Below, in pieces: positions 29,575-40,508 of a stretch of DNA of 64,000 nt. Where the stretch lies: positions 64,001-128,000 of the forward strand of contig CAVPOM010000005.1 of assembly GCA_963707025.1 (NCBI GenBank), given 5' to 3'. The first letter of the stretch is position 1. Every line of letters begins with the position of its first letter. Source of the stretch: an uncultured Verrucomicrobiae bacterium. GTDB taxonomy: Bacteria > Verrucomicrobiota > Verrucomicrobiia > Limisphaerales > Palsa-1400. A model generated the notes under the pieces. The model was not told the origin of the DNA, searched no databases, and saw only the letters and a program-made list of their open reading frames with translations. Position numbers and translations under genes: made by a program.

Positions 29575-31357
29575 TCACGGCTCCGCTATCCACTGTTCGT
29601 AGGCGCGCGGGCCGAAGTAAGTGTAGCCGCGGCTTTCCAGCGCGGTGCCGGTCAGCAGGGCGTGGATGAATCCGTTGAGCTCCACCTGTTTGGTGTGCAG
29701 GACCGCCTTGTCCGGATTCTCGTTGAGCAGGAACTGGATCCTCCCGCCCAGCGCCGTGTATCGCTCCCATCCGCCCGCCGCTTCGCCTGTAAAGTCGAAT
29801 TTTGTGGCGAGGTCCGACTGCATGGCGTGGCTCCGTCCCCAGGTCCCCCCTTGTTCGCTCACAAAGGTCTTCCCGTTCAGGAGCGCGATGCTGTCGTGGT
29901 AGGCCAGCACACACAGATAGTGCGGGTCCGGCCGGGAGAGCCATTGCGCCAGCTTCCCGGCGTGGCCTTTGGCGGCGTCATAGCGGTAATCGCTGTCCAG
30001 AAAAGCGATGCGCTCGACCTCGTCCGGAATGCGCTCCACGCTGTCCAGATATGCGAACGTGAAACTGCCGCCGCCGCTGTGTCCGGTCAGCACCAGGCGC
30101 GGCGGTGGCCCGGGGAAACGATCGCGCAGGGCGGCCACGATTTGCCCGGCGCGCCGGCCGTCGGGATCGTGGGCGCTGAGCCAGGCGGGCCAGGCATTGC
30201 TGGAGCATTGCAGATAGGCCACCGCCAGGGTCAGCCCGGTCCAGCGCTCCCGCAGCCAGCGGGTCTGGGCGCCGATGTGTTGAATGTCGGAATGCCAGTC
30301 CTCCCCGGGCTTGATTTTGCGGCCGATGGTTTGCTCGATGGTGTTGCCGTTGGGCAGCGCGTAGAGGACCAGACGCACCGGCTTGTTCGGATCGAGGGTC
30401 GCCCGGCAGGTTCAGCAGCACGCGCACGCCGGGTTCGAAATGCAGCGTCTCGTTCTTTTCGTGAAATCGCGCGTCGCGGCCCGCCGGGGCCGGCGCCGCC
30501 GCCGCGGCAACTGCATTCGATTCGGGCGGATGCACTGTTCCATAGCGCGGGTCCAACAGCGGCCCTTCATCGCTCAACAAAACGCACCTCTTTGCGTCCG
30601 CCAGCACCGCCGCGACGGTCGTGGCCTGGCCATCCACCGTCATGCTCCGCCGGACCAGGCGCGTGCCCTGGCTGTAATCCACCCACGAGGCCGCGTGCCC
30701 GAGGTAAAGCGGCTGGATCGGCGTGCCGTCCAGGCGATGCCAGCCGTAGATGGCGACTTTGTCCGGCGCGTTGACCAGCCGGCGCGTGAGCACCAGGTCC
30801 TTCTTGTCCCCTGCCACCAGCGCGCCCAGCGGATGCGCCGCCAGAACCCCGGCACGCTGCCGGCCGACGATTTCGTTGTGTTGCTGGAAGACCGGCACGG
30901 TGGTCATCCCGGCACTGGGCGGGATCGGCATGGGCGGGAGTTTGACGGCGGCGGCGGCATAGATGTCCCCGACCATGCGAGGAGTGGGCAGGACGCAATC
31001 CAGCTTGTCCGCCAGCGCCTGCGCCGTGGCCGGCGAAACCGGGACCAGGAAATAATCATCATCCGCCCCGATGGCAAGATAGTCGGGCGACACTTCGTAA
31101 ACCGCGGTTGTGTCCCGCGCCTCCACCGGGCGCGTGACCGTGACGGGGACAAAGTGCCGCCAAAAATCGGGCACATTGCCGCGTGCGACTTCCGCCATGA
31201 TCTCCTGTTCGCGTGTGGCCAGATCCAGGGCGGCGATCCGGCCGGCAAATGCCGCCCCCTTGGCCGCGTCCGGCGGGCGCGGCGGCAGCGACACATCACC
31301 CGCCAGCATCGAGCCTGACGCCAGAATCCAAAGGAGCATTGCCACCCCGCTGCTCAT
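29575..31357 (-). CDS. Secreted two-domain protein (uncharacterised N-domain plus alpha/beta hydrolase), with a +1 frameshift at about 30403
   Basis: N-domain GNVPDF, DYLAIG, LPT, KKD, AIYGWH, PIQP, VDYS. Removing one G gives ..LPATLDPNKPVRLVLYALPNGN.., followed by GHSGGGS and FLDS. Confidence 0.75.
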
Positions 31358-31548
31358 TGTTGCTTTCCTGGTTCGGAGGCGGAGCCTTGGTAACCAGCGC
31401 GATCTTTTTTCATGTCCAGGTGGCGGCGGGGCCAGCCGCTGTCGAGCCGCGACTCTTTCCCAGGCAGTCGAGTTTCGGCCCGACGGCGTCCGGCCGTGTC
31501 ACCCATGGCTGGCGCATTAACATTTTTGGCATCCTTCGCCGCGCGGCG

Positions 31549-32973
31549 CTATTCTGGCGGAATTTCTTCCGCCTTGAAATCCCAGTTCCATTGGTTGAAG
31601 TAAAGATTGCCGCCGCGCCATTCGACTTCGCCGCGCTGGAAATCCACGATCTCGGAGCGGAAGAACAACTTGGCCGGATAAAGCGGCTGGGCGTAATCGG
31701 TGTTGACCACAAACCGGGCGCCGTCAATGCCGCCGAGGTAAAACCATTTCTCAGGATCCTGCTCACTGTGAACCAGCCCGTAATACACGTCCACCGGCAT
31801 CCAGCCGTAGGGCGCCAGGTAGATTTCGCACCAATCGTGCATGTTCTTTTCCGGCCCGGTGACCCAGCCGGATTCCCAGCGGGCGGGGATGGCGTTAAAA
31901 CGGCACAATGTCATAAACGTCATGGTTTCAATGCCGCAGTCGCCATGGCCGCGGCTGAGGGCGTAGTGCGGCAGGCAATCCAGCGTGGAATATTCCCGCG
32001 CCGAGGCCCAAGGCACATGCTCAGCCACCCATTGAAAAATGCGCCGCGCCTTGAGATAGGGATTGGTCTCCGCTCCAACGATGTCCCGCGAAAGGTTCTT
32101 GATTTCGTCGGAAAAAACAAGATGCGGCGGCTGCCCGGCCAGGAACGGAAGCAGGGCCGGATCGTTGGTGGAAACCGGCGTGACCCGGGTTGGATCAATG
32201 GGCTGGTAAAAGGCGCGGCTCGTGCAGGCAAACACAATTTTGAATTGCGCCGGCTGCCCGCTTAAGGCCGGTTTTTCCAGATAGACTGAGGCGATGGCAT
32301 CGTTGGTGCCGGATAGAATGTAACGCGGCGGATCGGTGGAGATGAGCCGGATGTCCGTTTGCCGGTTTCCCGCATGAGGAAATGGCAGCCAGGCGCGAAT
32401 GGTTTCGCCGGGCGGAACCGCTCCCGGTTTGACGCTCAACGAGCAGGTGACACGCCAGGACCTTGGCGTGCTGAGTTTCTCCCCCGTCTTGTCATGGTTC
32501 GCCAGCACCTTTTCAACGTCTTCCAACCGGTATGGCAGCGGGCGAAAAGTGGCGCCGGGATGCTCCCTCATTCTGAGCGCCCGGGCTTCCGGGTTGATGA
32601 GAAACAAATTGTTCGCCGCCCGGTGGAAATACCGGCGCGTCCCGTCAATATCCAAAAACTCCACGGCTCCGCTTTTTTCCCAATCGCCAAACTGTTCGCC
32701 ACTGAGGGACGGCGCGATGGCGCGGGCCTCGCGGAAAACCTCCTCGCGCGTCTTGTCAAAGTCCAGGCCGATCCGCTCCATCCGGTCGCTTTGAAAAAGC
32801 AAGTCCTCCCGCGCCTGGAAATTCAAGTTGGTCCGGGTCAATTCCTGCATGATCTCCGTCCGCGCCTGCCGCCACTGCCCGGCGCCGACCAGCCTGCTGA
32901 TTTCTTCAATCGAGGCGGCCCGGAGGCCCGCCGCCGGCAACACCAGCAAGACAAAGAATAAAAGCGATCTCAT
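31549..32973 (-). CDS. Secreted transglutaminase-like domain protein
   Basis: Signal peptide, GHGDCG, IPARWESG, HDWCEIY..GWMPVD (Cys-His-Asp triad). Confidence 0.9.
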   Translation of the reverse strand: MRSLLFFVLLVLPAAGLRAASIEEISRLVGAGQWRQARTEIMQELTRTNLNFQAREDLLFQSDRMERIGLDFDKTREEVFREARAIAPSLSGEQFGDWEKSGAVEFLDIDGTRRYFHRAANNLFLINPEARALRMREHPGATFRPLPYRLEDVEKVLANHDKTGEKLSTPRSWRVTCSLSVKPGAVPPGETIRAWLPFPHAGNRQTDIRLISTDPPRYILSGTNDAIASVYLEKPALSGQPAQFKIVFACTSRAFYQPIDPTRVTPVSTNDPALLPFLAGQPPHLVFSDEIKNLSRDIVGAETNPYLKARRIFQWVAEHVPWASAREYSTLDCLPHYALSRGHGDCGIETMTFMTLCRFNAIPARWESGWVTGPEKNMHDWCEIYLAPYGWMPVDVYYGLVHSEQDPEKWFYLGGIDGARFVVNTDYAQPLYPAKLFFRSEIVDFQRGEVEWRGGNLYFNQWNWDFKAEEIPPE

Positions 32974-33095
32974 GCGCAGCCGGCACGATGAAGGGATTGA
33001 AAGCAAATGTAAATCGGTTTTTGGCGATGAACTGGCGCGTTTTGCCACCCTTTGGCGCTTGCGCTGGACCCGCGCCTGGGTTTAATCGGTCTGGC

Positions 33096-33995
33096 ATGAG
33101 TCCGCCCGCCAACGTGTCCTTGCTGGTGACGATTGCCTTTCTGGCGGGGGCCTGCACCACGATCACGCCAACCATGAATTTCGATTTGCAAAACTACACC
33201 CTGGATTACAACACGCCGGTCAACCCCGTGCTGCAGGCCGCCCTGGAAAAAATGGACGCCGCTCTGCGCGCCCAATACGGCATGAGGCCGGGGCAGACGG
33301 CAACCGGCCTGCTGGATTTGCGGACAATGGCCTTGGCGATGATTGATCCCGACCGCGAGGAATACGCCGCCAGCGTCGCCAAGATCGGCATTCTGCTGGC
33401 CTGGTTTGAATATCATCCGGCGGCCGCCGCCAACCTGGACGCGCCGACACGCCACGAACTGGGTCTGATGATCAAGGCTTCCGACAACGAGATGGCGGCA
33501 AAGTTTTCCCATGAACTGGGCTTGCCGCAAATCCAGCGGGTGCTCGACGCGTATCATTTCTACGACGCCCATCGCGGCGGCGGCCTGTGGGTGGGCAAAC
33601 ATTACGGCCAGGACACCGCACGCATCGGCTCGCCGGCCGGTGACAATTCGCACGCCGCGACGGTGCGTCAGTTGCTGCGCTTTTATCTGTTGCTGGAACA
33701 AGGAAAACTCGTCTCGCCCCCGGCCTCAAAAACCATGCTCGCCATTTTCGCCTCGCCCGACATTCCGCAAGACAACCTCAAATTCGTCAAGGCGCTGGCC
33801 GGGCGCGACGCGCAAATTCTGCGCAAATGGGGTTCGTGGCAGGATTGGCAGCACGACACCGCGATCATCACCGGGGCCGGGCGGCATTATATCCTGGTCG
33901 CGTTGACCCATCACCCCAGGGGCGATGAATACCTGGCCGGTCTGGCCGTGGCGGTGGATGATTTGATGATTCGCCGCGCGGCCGCAGAACCATGA
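33096..33995 (+). CDS. Class A beta-lactamase-like serine hydrolase lipoprotein
   Basis: Lipobox LAGAC, ASVAK, SDN, and KWG in place of KTG. Confidence 0.82.
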   Translation: MSPPANVSLLVTIAFLAGACTTITPTMNFDLQNYTLDYNTPVNPVLQAALEKMDAALRAQYGMRPGQTATGLLDLRTMALAMIDPDREEYAASVAKIGILLAWFEYHPAAAANLDAPTRHELGLMIKASDNEMAAKFSHELGLPQIQRVLDAYHFYDAHRGGGLWVGKHYGQDTARIGSPAGDNSHAATVRQLLRFYLLLEQGKLVSPPASKTMLAIFASPDIPQDNLKFVKALAGRDAQILRKWGSWQDWQHDTAIITGAGRHYILVALTHHPRGDEYLAGLAVAVDDLMIRRAAAEP

Positions 33996-34068
33996 TTCCC
34001 GCCGCGCCGGGGCGCCAGTTCTCTCGCAACGCCCTGACAGGGGTGTTGCCCTTCCGCCAGGCTCATCG

Positions 34069-34803
34069 CTAAGAAAAACTAAACAGTTGGCCAAATGGCG
34101 CGGCCTGGATATTGGCCAGCCCATTTATTCCGAGGTCCTTAAAAGTGGAGGACAGGACGACTTTTCCGCCCGCCAGGCCGGCGGTGTACATTTTGTAGTA
34201 GGCCACCCGGCCTGGCTCATCGGTCTTGTAGAAATTCAGGCAATGGATGGCAGGCGGGTTTTTCCCGTCCCGGGGAATTGCCAGCACGAGCAGATTCAGC
34301 GCTGAATTTGGCCGGGTTCGCTTTTTCAATTCCGGCAGCGCCTTTTCGATTCGGCCAGCCTTCGCCATGACGGCCAGCGCCCATTCGCTGTCAACCACAC
34401 GGCTTGCCGGTGGATGAGGCGGATTGACCGCGCCATTGTGCGCCAAAAGCAGGACTTCCTTGTCCGTCGCGGCCAGGAATGGGTGGGAACAAATCGGGGA
34501 GTTGAGTGTTGGATCAGAGGCCAGCCTGGAATGGAAAATGGCATAAACGTTCCTGCCTTTGACCGGCGGCAACGGAACATCCTCCTGCCAGGCGGGAAGT
34601 GAACTGCGGTAGTGATGCAAACGGCCGCCGTCGTAGAGCACAAACCCCCATCCGTGCGGATGGCATGTGGATGCCGGGCCAAAGGCATCTTTTACGTAAG
34701 GGTCGCATTTTGAGCCGTCGCGGAAGGCCCGGTAAAGGGTCTGGAGGCCTGCGCTCTGCGCCTTCCCGCGCTTGCCGCCAATGAAAGCAATCATCCGGCA
34801 CAT
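34069..34803 (-). CDS. Class II glutamine amidotransferase (Ntn hydrolase, YafJ/EgtC-like)
   Basis: N-terminal MCRM, HPHGWG, HSRLAS, SHPF, HNG, DSE. Confidence 0.88.
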   Translation of the reverse strand: MCRMIAFIGGKRGKAQSAGLQTLYRAFRDGSKCDPYVKDAFGPASTCHPHGWGFVLYDGGRLHHYRSSLPAWQEDVPLPPVKGRNVYAIFHSRLASDPTLNSPICSHPFLAATDKEVLLLAHNGAVNPPHPPASRVVDSEWALAVMAKAGRIEKALPELKKRTRPNSALNLLVLAIPRDGKNPPAIHCLNFYKTDEPGRVAYYKMYTAGLAGGKVVLSSTFKDLGINGLANIQAAPFGQLFSFS

Positions 34804-34908
34804 AGATTTAAAGATGTCTGACCCTGTCTCATATTGTCCCGGACAATACGATTTGCCTGGCGGTTTGTCAAAAGACGCTATTGGCCAGTTGCAATGCTTC
34901 AGTCATGC

Positions 34909-35021
34909 GTGGCAGGGCGAGTCCCGAATTATCGGGACCCGCCGCACGACGGCAGCGCGACGTTGAATCCCCGGCCAAAGCCCGACGGCGGGCCCCGATA
35001 TATCGGGACCCGCCCTACCTT
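34909..35021 (+). repeat. About 110-bp REP-like element (fullest copy)
   Basis: Two hairpin units, ggcagggcgagtcccgaattatcgggacccgcc and ggcgggccccgatatatcgggacccgccctacc. Confidence 0.75.
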
Positions 35022-35100
35022 TCCTGATCCAGCAATTTGACTGGCGCATTACGCCGATAAAGACTTTTTCTTTTCCCCGGACCTGTTAGTCTGGGAGCGC

Positions 35101-36786
35101 ATGAAGATGACAACCCAATTTCTCGGCCTGATCCTCTGCCTGGCGGCGGGGACCTGCCTTGCCGTGGACACAAACGCACCCGCTCTCATTCCCGCGCCGC
35201 GGAAGATGTCGCTGGGCGACGGGGTGTTCCCACTCAAGCCCGGGACGATGATCTTTACGGATCACGCGTCCGTAGCGACCGGCCAACAACTGGCGGAGCG
35301 GTTGCGCAGATCCACGGGGTATCCATTCCAGGTCAGCTCCAGGGTTTTTGCGGGCAGCGCCATCCGGAACGCCATCCTGTTGACGACCCAAAAAGCCAGG
35401 GCGGGCCTGGGGCCGGAGGGCTACGAACTGTCGGTCGCGACCAACTCGGTGGTCATCCGCGCGCCGGCCCAGGCCGGTTTGTTCTACGGCGCGCAAACCC
35501 TGGCGCAAATGCTGCCGCCGCAAATCTTTTCCACCAATCTCGTCAGCCGTGAAAACTGGCTCATTCCGTGCGCGCAAATTGAGGATCAACCCCGGTTTGC
35601 CTGGCGCGGCATGATGCTCGATGTCAGCCGGGATTTCTTCACCAAAGAGGAAGTCGAACGACTGCTGGACCTGCTGGCCCTGCACAAGATCAACGTCTTT
35701 CACTGGCATTTGGTGGACAACAACGGGTGGCGGATCGAGATCAAGAAGTATCCCAAACTGACGCAGATCGGGGCCTGGCGGGAGCACAGCCGGGTCACGC
35801 CGCAGCGGCCAAGCGCCTCCAATCCGGAAACGAACACGGCCCATCCGGCTTGGGCCCCTGCCCTGCCCTCTGCTTATGGACCGGATGGCCGTTACGGCGG
35901 CTTTTACACGCAGAAGGAGATTCGCGAAGTCGTCGCTTACGCCAGCGCGCTGCATATCACCATCGTGCCGGAGATCGAATTGCCGGGGCATTCGGCGGCC
36001 GCGCTCGCCGCTTATCCTGAATTGAACTGCACCGGCGTGCTGCGCGGACAGGTGTATTGCGCGGGGCGGGACGCGAGCTTTGATTTTCTGGAGGGCGTGC
36101 TGACCGAGGTTTTCAATCTCTTTCCCGGCAAATACATTCACATCGGGGGCGACGAGGTGAACACCGCCAACTGGGCCAGGTGCGCCGAATGCCGGGCGCG
36201 CATGGAGCAAGAAGGATTGACCAACGTGGATCAATTGCAGAGCTATTTCATCCGGCGCATCGAGAAATTCGTCAACGCCCGCGGGCGCAAGCTGGTGGGC
36301 TGGAGTGAAATCATGAAAGGCGGGCTGGCCCAAAGCGCCACCGTGATGGACTGGATCGGCGGCGGAGTCGAAGCCGCCACCGCCGGGCACGATGTCGTCA
36401 TGTCGCCCAATGCCGACGCCTACCTGGACCACTACCAGTCGCAGAACCATTCCACCGAGCCGTGGGCCATCGGCGGATACCTGCCATTGAGCAAGATTTA
36501 CGCCTTCGAACCCATTCCCGCCAAGCTGGACGCGCAATTCCAGTCACACATCCTGGGCGCGCAGGGCAATCTCTGGACGGAGTACGTCGCCTCCTTCAAG
36601 CATGTTGAATACATGGCCTTTCCGCGCATGTGCGCTCTGGCGGAAGTGGACTGGTCGCCCAGGGAGGCGCGCAATTGGGATGACTTTTCCCGCCGCTTGC
36701 AAACCCATCTCCTGCGCTTGGATGAACTGGGCGTCAATTACCGCCCTGTCTCCGTTGATACCCGGAGATCGGATTCGGCCCGTTAG
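35101..36786 (+). CDS. Beta-N-acetylhexosaminidase (GH20)
   Basis: Signal peptide, DQPRFAWRGMMLDVSR, HWHLVD, PEIELPGH, HIGGDE, GNLWTE, FPR. Confidence 0.95.
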   Translation: MKMTTQFLGLILCLAAGTCLAVDTNAPALIPAPRKMSLGDGVFPLKPGTMIFTDHASVATGQQLAERLRRSTGYPFQVSSRVFAGSAIRNAILLTTQKARAGLGPEGYELSVATNSVVIRAPAQAGLFYGAQTLAQMLPPQIFSTNLVSRENWLIPCAQIEDQPRFAWRGMMLDVSRDFFTKEEVERLLDLLALHKINVFHWHLVDNNGWRIEIKKYPKLTQIGAWREHSRVTPQRPSASNPETNTAHPAWAPALPSAYGPDGRYGGFYTQKEIREVVAYASALHITIVPEIELPGHSAAALAAYPELNCTGVLRGQVYCAGRDASFDFLEGVLTEVFNLFPGKYIHIGGDEVNTANWARCAECRARMEQEGLTNVDQLQSYFIRRIEKFVNARGRKLVGWSEIMKGGLAQSATVMDWIGGGVEAATAGHDVVMSPNADAYLDHYQSQNHSTEPWAIGGYLPLSKIYAFEPIPAKLDAQFQSHILGAQGNLWTEYVASFKHVEYMAFPRMCALAEVDWSPREARNWDDFSRRLQTHLLRLDELGVNYRPVSVDTRRSDSAR

Positions 36787-36798
36787 CAGCCCGTTAAG

Positions 36799-38319
36799 TC
36801 AACCTGGCTGACTGGCGGCGCCATCGTCGCGCCCGGCCTCATGGACGCGAATGTAGCGGCGCAGCGCAAGCAGGCCCGCTGGCGCGACCAGGCTGCACAC
36901 GGCCACGATCAGCCAAAGAGTTTGCGAATGGCGCGGGCCGGTTTCCGGACAGTAGCGCATGAGCGACTGGCCAGAAAATATCCCGATCAGCATTTTGGCC
37001 AGCACCCAGGGCACGTAAGACAGGGCGCCGTAGGAAGCCTCCTGTCCTTTGGGCGCAATCGCCGCCGCATACTCATAGACGCGCGGCGAATAGAAAGCTT
37101 CTCCAATCGAGAGCATGAGGACAAAAAGCGCGATCATCACGTAATACGGATGCACGCCGCCCTTGAGGCCGAGAAAGAGGTGGCCCACGAAATTCCCGGG
37201 CCAACCGTTGGCCATCGGCTCGAACCAGGCCGGCGGCAGCGCCATGATGAAAATGGATGCCGACGAAATAAGGCCGCCCACAATCACCATCGAGTAGGCG
37301 GAGAACTTCTGGGTGAGCGCGCCAATGACCGGCGCCAGCACAATAATCAGGAGGCTGTTCATCCCCCACAGGATTCCGATGGGCGCGCCCGGGCCTAACT
37401 CGCGGATGCCAAAAGTCGGATAAACATAGTCCATCTGCCGGTAAATCAGCTTGATGAACCCGATCAAAACAAGAAAGGCCAGGAGCCGGTAGAATCCGGT
37501 TTGCCGCAACAAGGTGGCAAGGAGGCGGACGGTTTCCCGCGACGCTTCGCGCACCGTCAGACCAATGGATTGCATGAAGCTCCGGTCTGAAGGCCGTGGT
37601 TTCAGGGGAACCAGCTTGAGACCTTCGTCGGTCGCCTCTGCGCCTTCGCGCAATAAAAAGACCAGCGGCAGCACGAGCACCTCCAGTATCAGACTGACCA
37701 TGAAAAGTGCCTGATAGGTCGAGATGTGCAGGCCCGGCGCATCCAGATGGCCGTGCTCTCCCAAGCCCCTGCGCACATGATCGAAGAGCCAGGCTGCGAT
37801 GAGGAATCCGACATTCATCATCGCGTAAATCATGGAGAAGGACATGGACCGTTGCCGGGTGTTGGAATAGCGGCGCGCCGCCGCCACCAGCACCGGCCCG
37901 GTCAGCGCTTCGCCGACCGCCAGCGGCAACAATCCGCCTGCCAGGGCCAGCCATTTGACCGTCGTCAAGACCATGACCAACCGCGAGGCGATGCAGAGGC
38001 CCGTTCCGAGAAAGAGCGTCCGGCGCATCCCCAGCACGTCCGTGAGCGAGCCTACCAACAGCATGGTCACCGTCATCATCATGGACCACGCGGCCACCAA
38101 AGGAAGGGCCTGCGCATCACTGTAACCCAAATCGGAGTGAAGCCAGAGGACGATGGTTGAGTTGGTCAGGGCGTAGCCGGCGATGACGACGAACTTGATC
38201 GCGAAGATGATCCACAATTCGGGAATCGCGTCCTTGAGGACACCAAACTTGGCCATGAAACGGATCAGGGCGGAAGTGTCAGCGGCGCCCGCTTTGCCGC
38301 CTGGAGCGGTGTTTGTCAT
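36799..38319 (-). CDS. MFS transporter, oligopeptide (POT-like) type
   Basis: About 12 TM segments, GSLTDVLGMRR, FSMIYAMMNVG, GEAFYSPRVYEY..IAPKGQEASY. Confidence 0.8.
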   Translation of the reverse strand: MTNTAPGGKAGAADTSALIRFMAKFGVLKDAIPELWIIFAIKFVVIAGYALTNSTIVLWLHSDLGYSDAQALPLVAAWSMMMTVTMLLVGSLTDVLGMRRTLFLGTGLCIASRLVMVLTTVKWLALAGGLLPLAVGEALTGPVLVAAARRYSNTRQRSMSFSMIYAMMNVGFLIAAWLFDHVRRGLGEHGHLDAPGLHISTYQALFMVSLILEVLVLPLVFLLREGAEATDEGLKLVPLKPRPSDRSFMQSIGLTVREASRETVRLLATLLRQTGFYRLLAFLVLIGFIKLIYRQMDYVYPTFGIRELGPGAPIGILWGMNSLLIIVLAPVIGALTQKFSAYSMVIVGGLISSASIFIMALPPAWFEPMANGWPGNFVGHLFLGLKGGVHPYYVMIALFVLMLSIGEAFYSPRVYEYAAAIAPKGQEASYGALSYVPWVLAKMLIGIFSGQSLMRYCPETGPRHSQTLWLIVAVCSLVAPAGLLALRRYIRVHEAGRDDGAASQPG

Positions 38320-38599
38320 TTGCGCGGCACCATCAAACGACACTTTGGCGCCGTGGTAAAGGAAGAATCCCGCCGCGACATCGGCGCTGGAGCCGCTTTG
38401 GTCACGATGTGACCGGCCTTGCGCCAAGCCCATCCCTCCCGGTGGCGAAAATCAAGGCGCCGCCAAACCAACGGCTGCTTTCCGATGCTTGCTCCCACGG
38501 TGATGCGTCAGTGATGGGTGCAAATGAGTTGGCAGGGTCGGCGGGTTGCGCCGACCGGACGCCGCAGCGCGGCGTCCCTACCCGCTCATGACTGACGCA

Positions 38600-40507
38600 T
38601 TATCTCCCGCGCCCTATTGACATGGACAGCCACTTGGTCAGGCTGTCGAGATGTTCCAACGCCTTTTTTTCGTAGGTCTGCTTTTTGATACCGGAACTGA
38701 TGCCGCCGAGTTCCAGAGCGGCGGCGTAAAGGCGGAGGCTTTTGGAGAACACGTCATCCTTGCCCGTGAGCCGGAAAAAAACTTCGTCGCCCTTTTTGTC
38801 ATCCTTGTAATCTGGTTTCTCGAACGGCTGGATGAAATACAGGTAAAACTCCCGGGTGGGCACTGCCGTCGAGCGGTCGTTGGGGGCGCCGAAAAAAAGA
38901 TAACCCAACCGGCCAGCCTTGCGGTCCTGCCATTCGATTTCATGCTGCCAGATTTGAAAGCCAGTGACGTGGGTGGGGGTGTCGGTGCATTCGAGCACCT
39001 GGCGGAGGGCGTCGTAGTAATACCGGTCAAGAGTGCTCTCTTCCAGGGTCTCGGCCCGCTTTTCGACCAGAGCGTCGTAATCGTCCGTTTTCTTGAGATC
39101 GAGGTAATATTGGCGATTGTCCTTGTTCGACGAAATAAACTGGCCACTGACAGTCTTGTGGATTTCTCGGAGCGTGGTTTCGATGATGGAGAGAAGATCG
39201 TCGGCGGGGTCGCCACCCATTTCTGCGGCGCCGGAGTGGTAGAGGCAAAGGCCATCGCGCAGTTCCTCTGGCGTCAGGCCGAGCGGGGAATACACGTCGC
39301 CCACGGTGAGCCGGTGGACCGACAGGCCCTCGATAATGCGGATGGCCATCGGTTTGTAGATTTTCTTCGGGAAGGCACTCTGGACCTTAGCTTCAAGCGT
39401 GGTGCTGCATTCGATGATGGCCTTCACTTCCGGCAGGGCACGATGGGCGGCATTATCTTTGAGCGCCTTCCAATAACTGTCGTAGGCGACAATGCCGGGA
39501 CGGTCTTGCGGAACTTCCTGGCCGACCAATTCCTTGATGGCGAAGGAGATTATTTGCAGGACCCCGCGCTTTTCGACAATTGGAATTCGCTCGAATGTCT
39601 CAACGTAACCGGGATGAATTGGGAACAGCGCGGCAAAATCGTCCATGCGCTCGGTCATGTTGCCGTAGAACTTGGCAAACGGGGTCAGATATTCGCGGAT
39701 CCTGGCGAGTTGGTCCGGTGATTTTTGGAGGAGGCGGTTGGCGACAACAAATTTGACGTCCGTGGTGGCAATCTTCACCTGCTGGAAGCGGTCCTTTACG
39801 CGGCCCAGGCTGTCGGCAACATGCGCAAAACGGCCACTGTCAAAAATGGCCTCCTGCACACCAGCCATGAAGCGGAAGCGGAGGTCTTTGCACACCTCTC
39901 CAATTTCACGGAGAATCCCGAGGTCGAGAATCAGGGCATGATCTTTGCGCGTCCGGAGGTAGTCGAGCAGCTCATCGACCACGAGGAGCAGTCCATGATT
40001 GGGAAATTTTTGGTGGAAGACGTCCATCATGGCCTCCAGCGCCGTCTTATTTTCACGGATTTTGTCGGCGGCCGGAAATTGGAAGTTGATGCCCCATTCG
40101 GCGAGTTTTTCCTCAAGGTGGCCGGTGATTATTTCCCGAAGGGACATCTCCGTGGAACCGATCTCCAAACGGATGACTTTGAATTTTCCTGCGATGGCCG
40201 TGGCGGCAGCGCGGACTTTGTCGTGTTTGAGCAGACCCTTCAGTTCCTCATTTTCAGCGACGCTGGAAATGACGGACATCAAATGGGACTTGCCCGTTCC
40301 GTAATTGCCGACGATGAGCAAGCCCCGATTATCCTGCGGCTTTGCATACTGCAACTGTGGGAAAACCAAGTCGCAAAGCCTTTGGGCCATGTCGTCGGAA
40401 ATGACGTATGTGGAGACAAATTCCCGGGCCTTGGCGGTTTTACTCGCCTGACGCAACTCGATGACAGATTCGATGGGCTGGAACTGGATGAGTTCGTTGT
40501 ATTTCAT
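38600..40507 (-). pseudogene. brxC: BREX type 3 BrxC-like ATPase (DUF6079), C-terminally truncated
   Basis: [16 protein letters not shown], Walker [10 protein letters not shown], Walker [15 protein letters not shown]. It ends abruptly (..[11 protein letters not shown]) with no further BREX genes. I recall full-length homologues being about twice as long. Confidence 0.8.
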
Positions 40508-40508
40508 T

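Noticed and set aside
33096..33995. Bona fide antibiotic-resistance beta-lactamases (also 8943..10130)
   Set aside because: KWG replaces KTG, and the PG-cluster context favours peptidase/amidase roles. Resistance cannot be supported from sequence.
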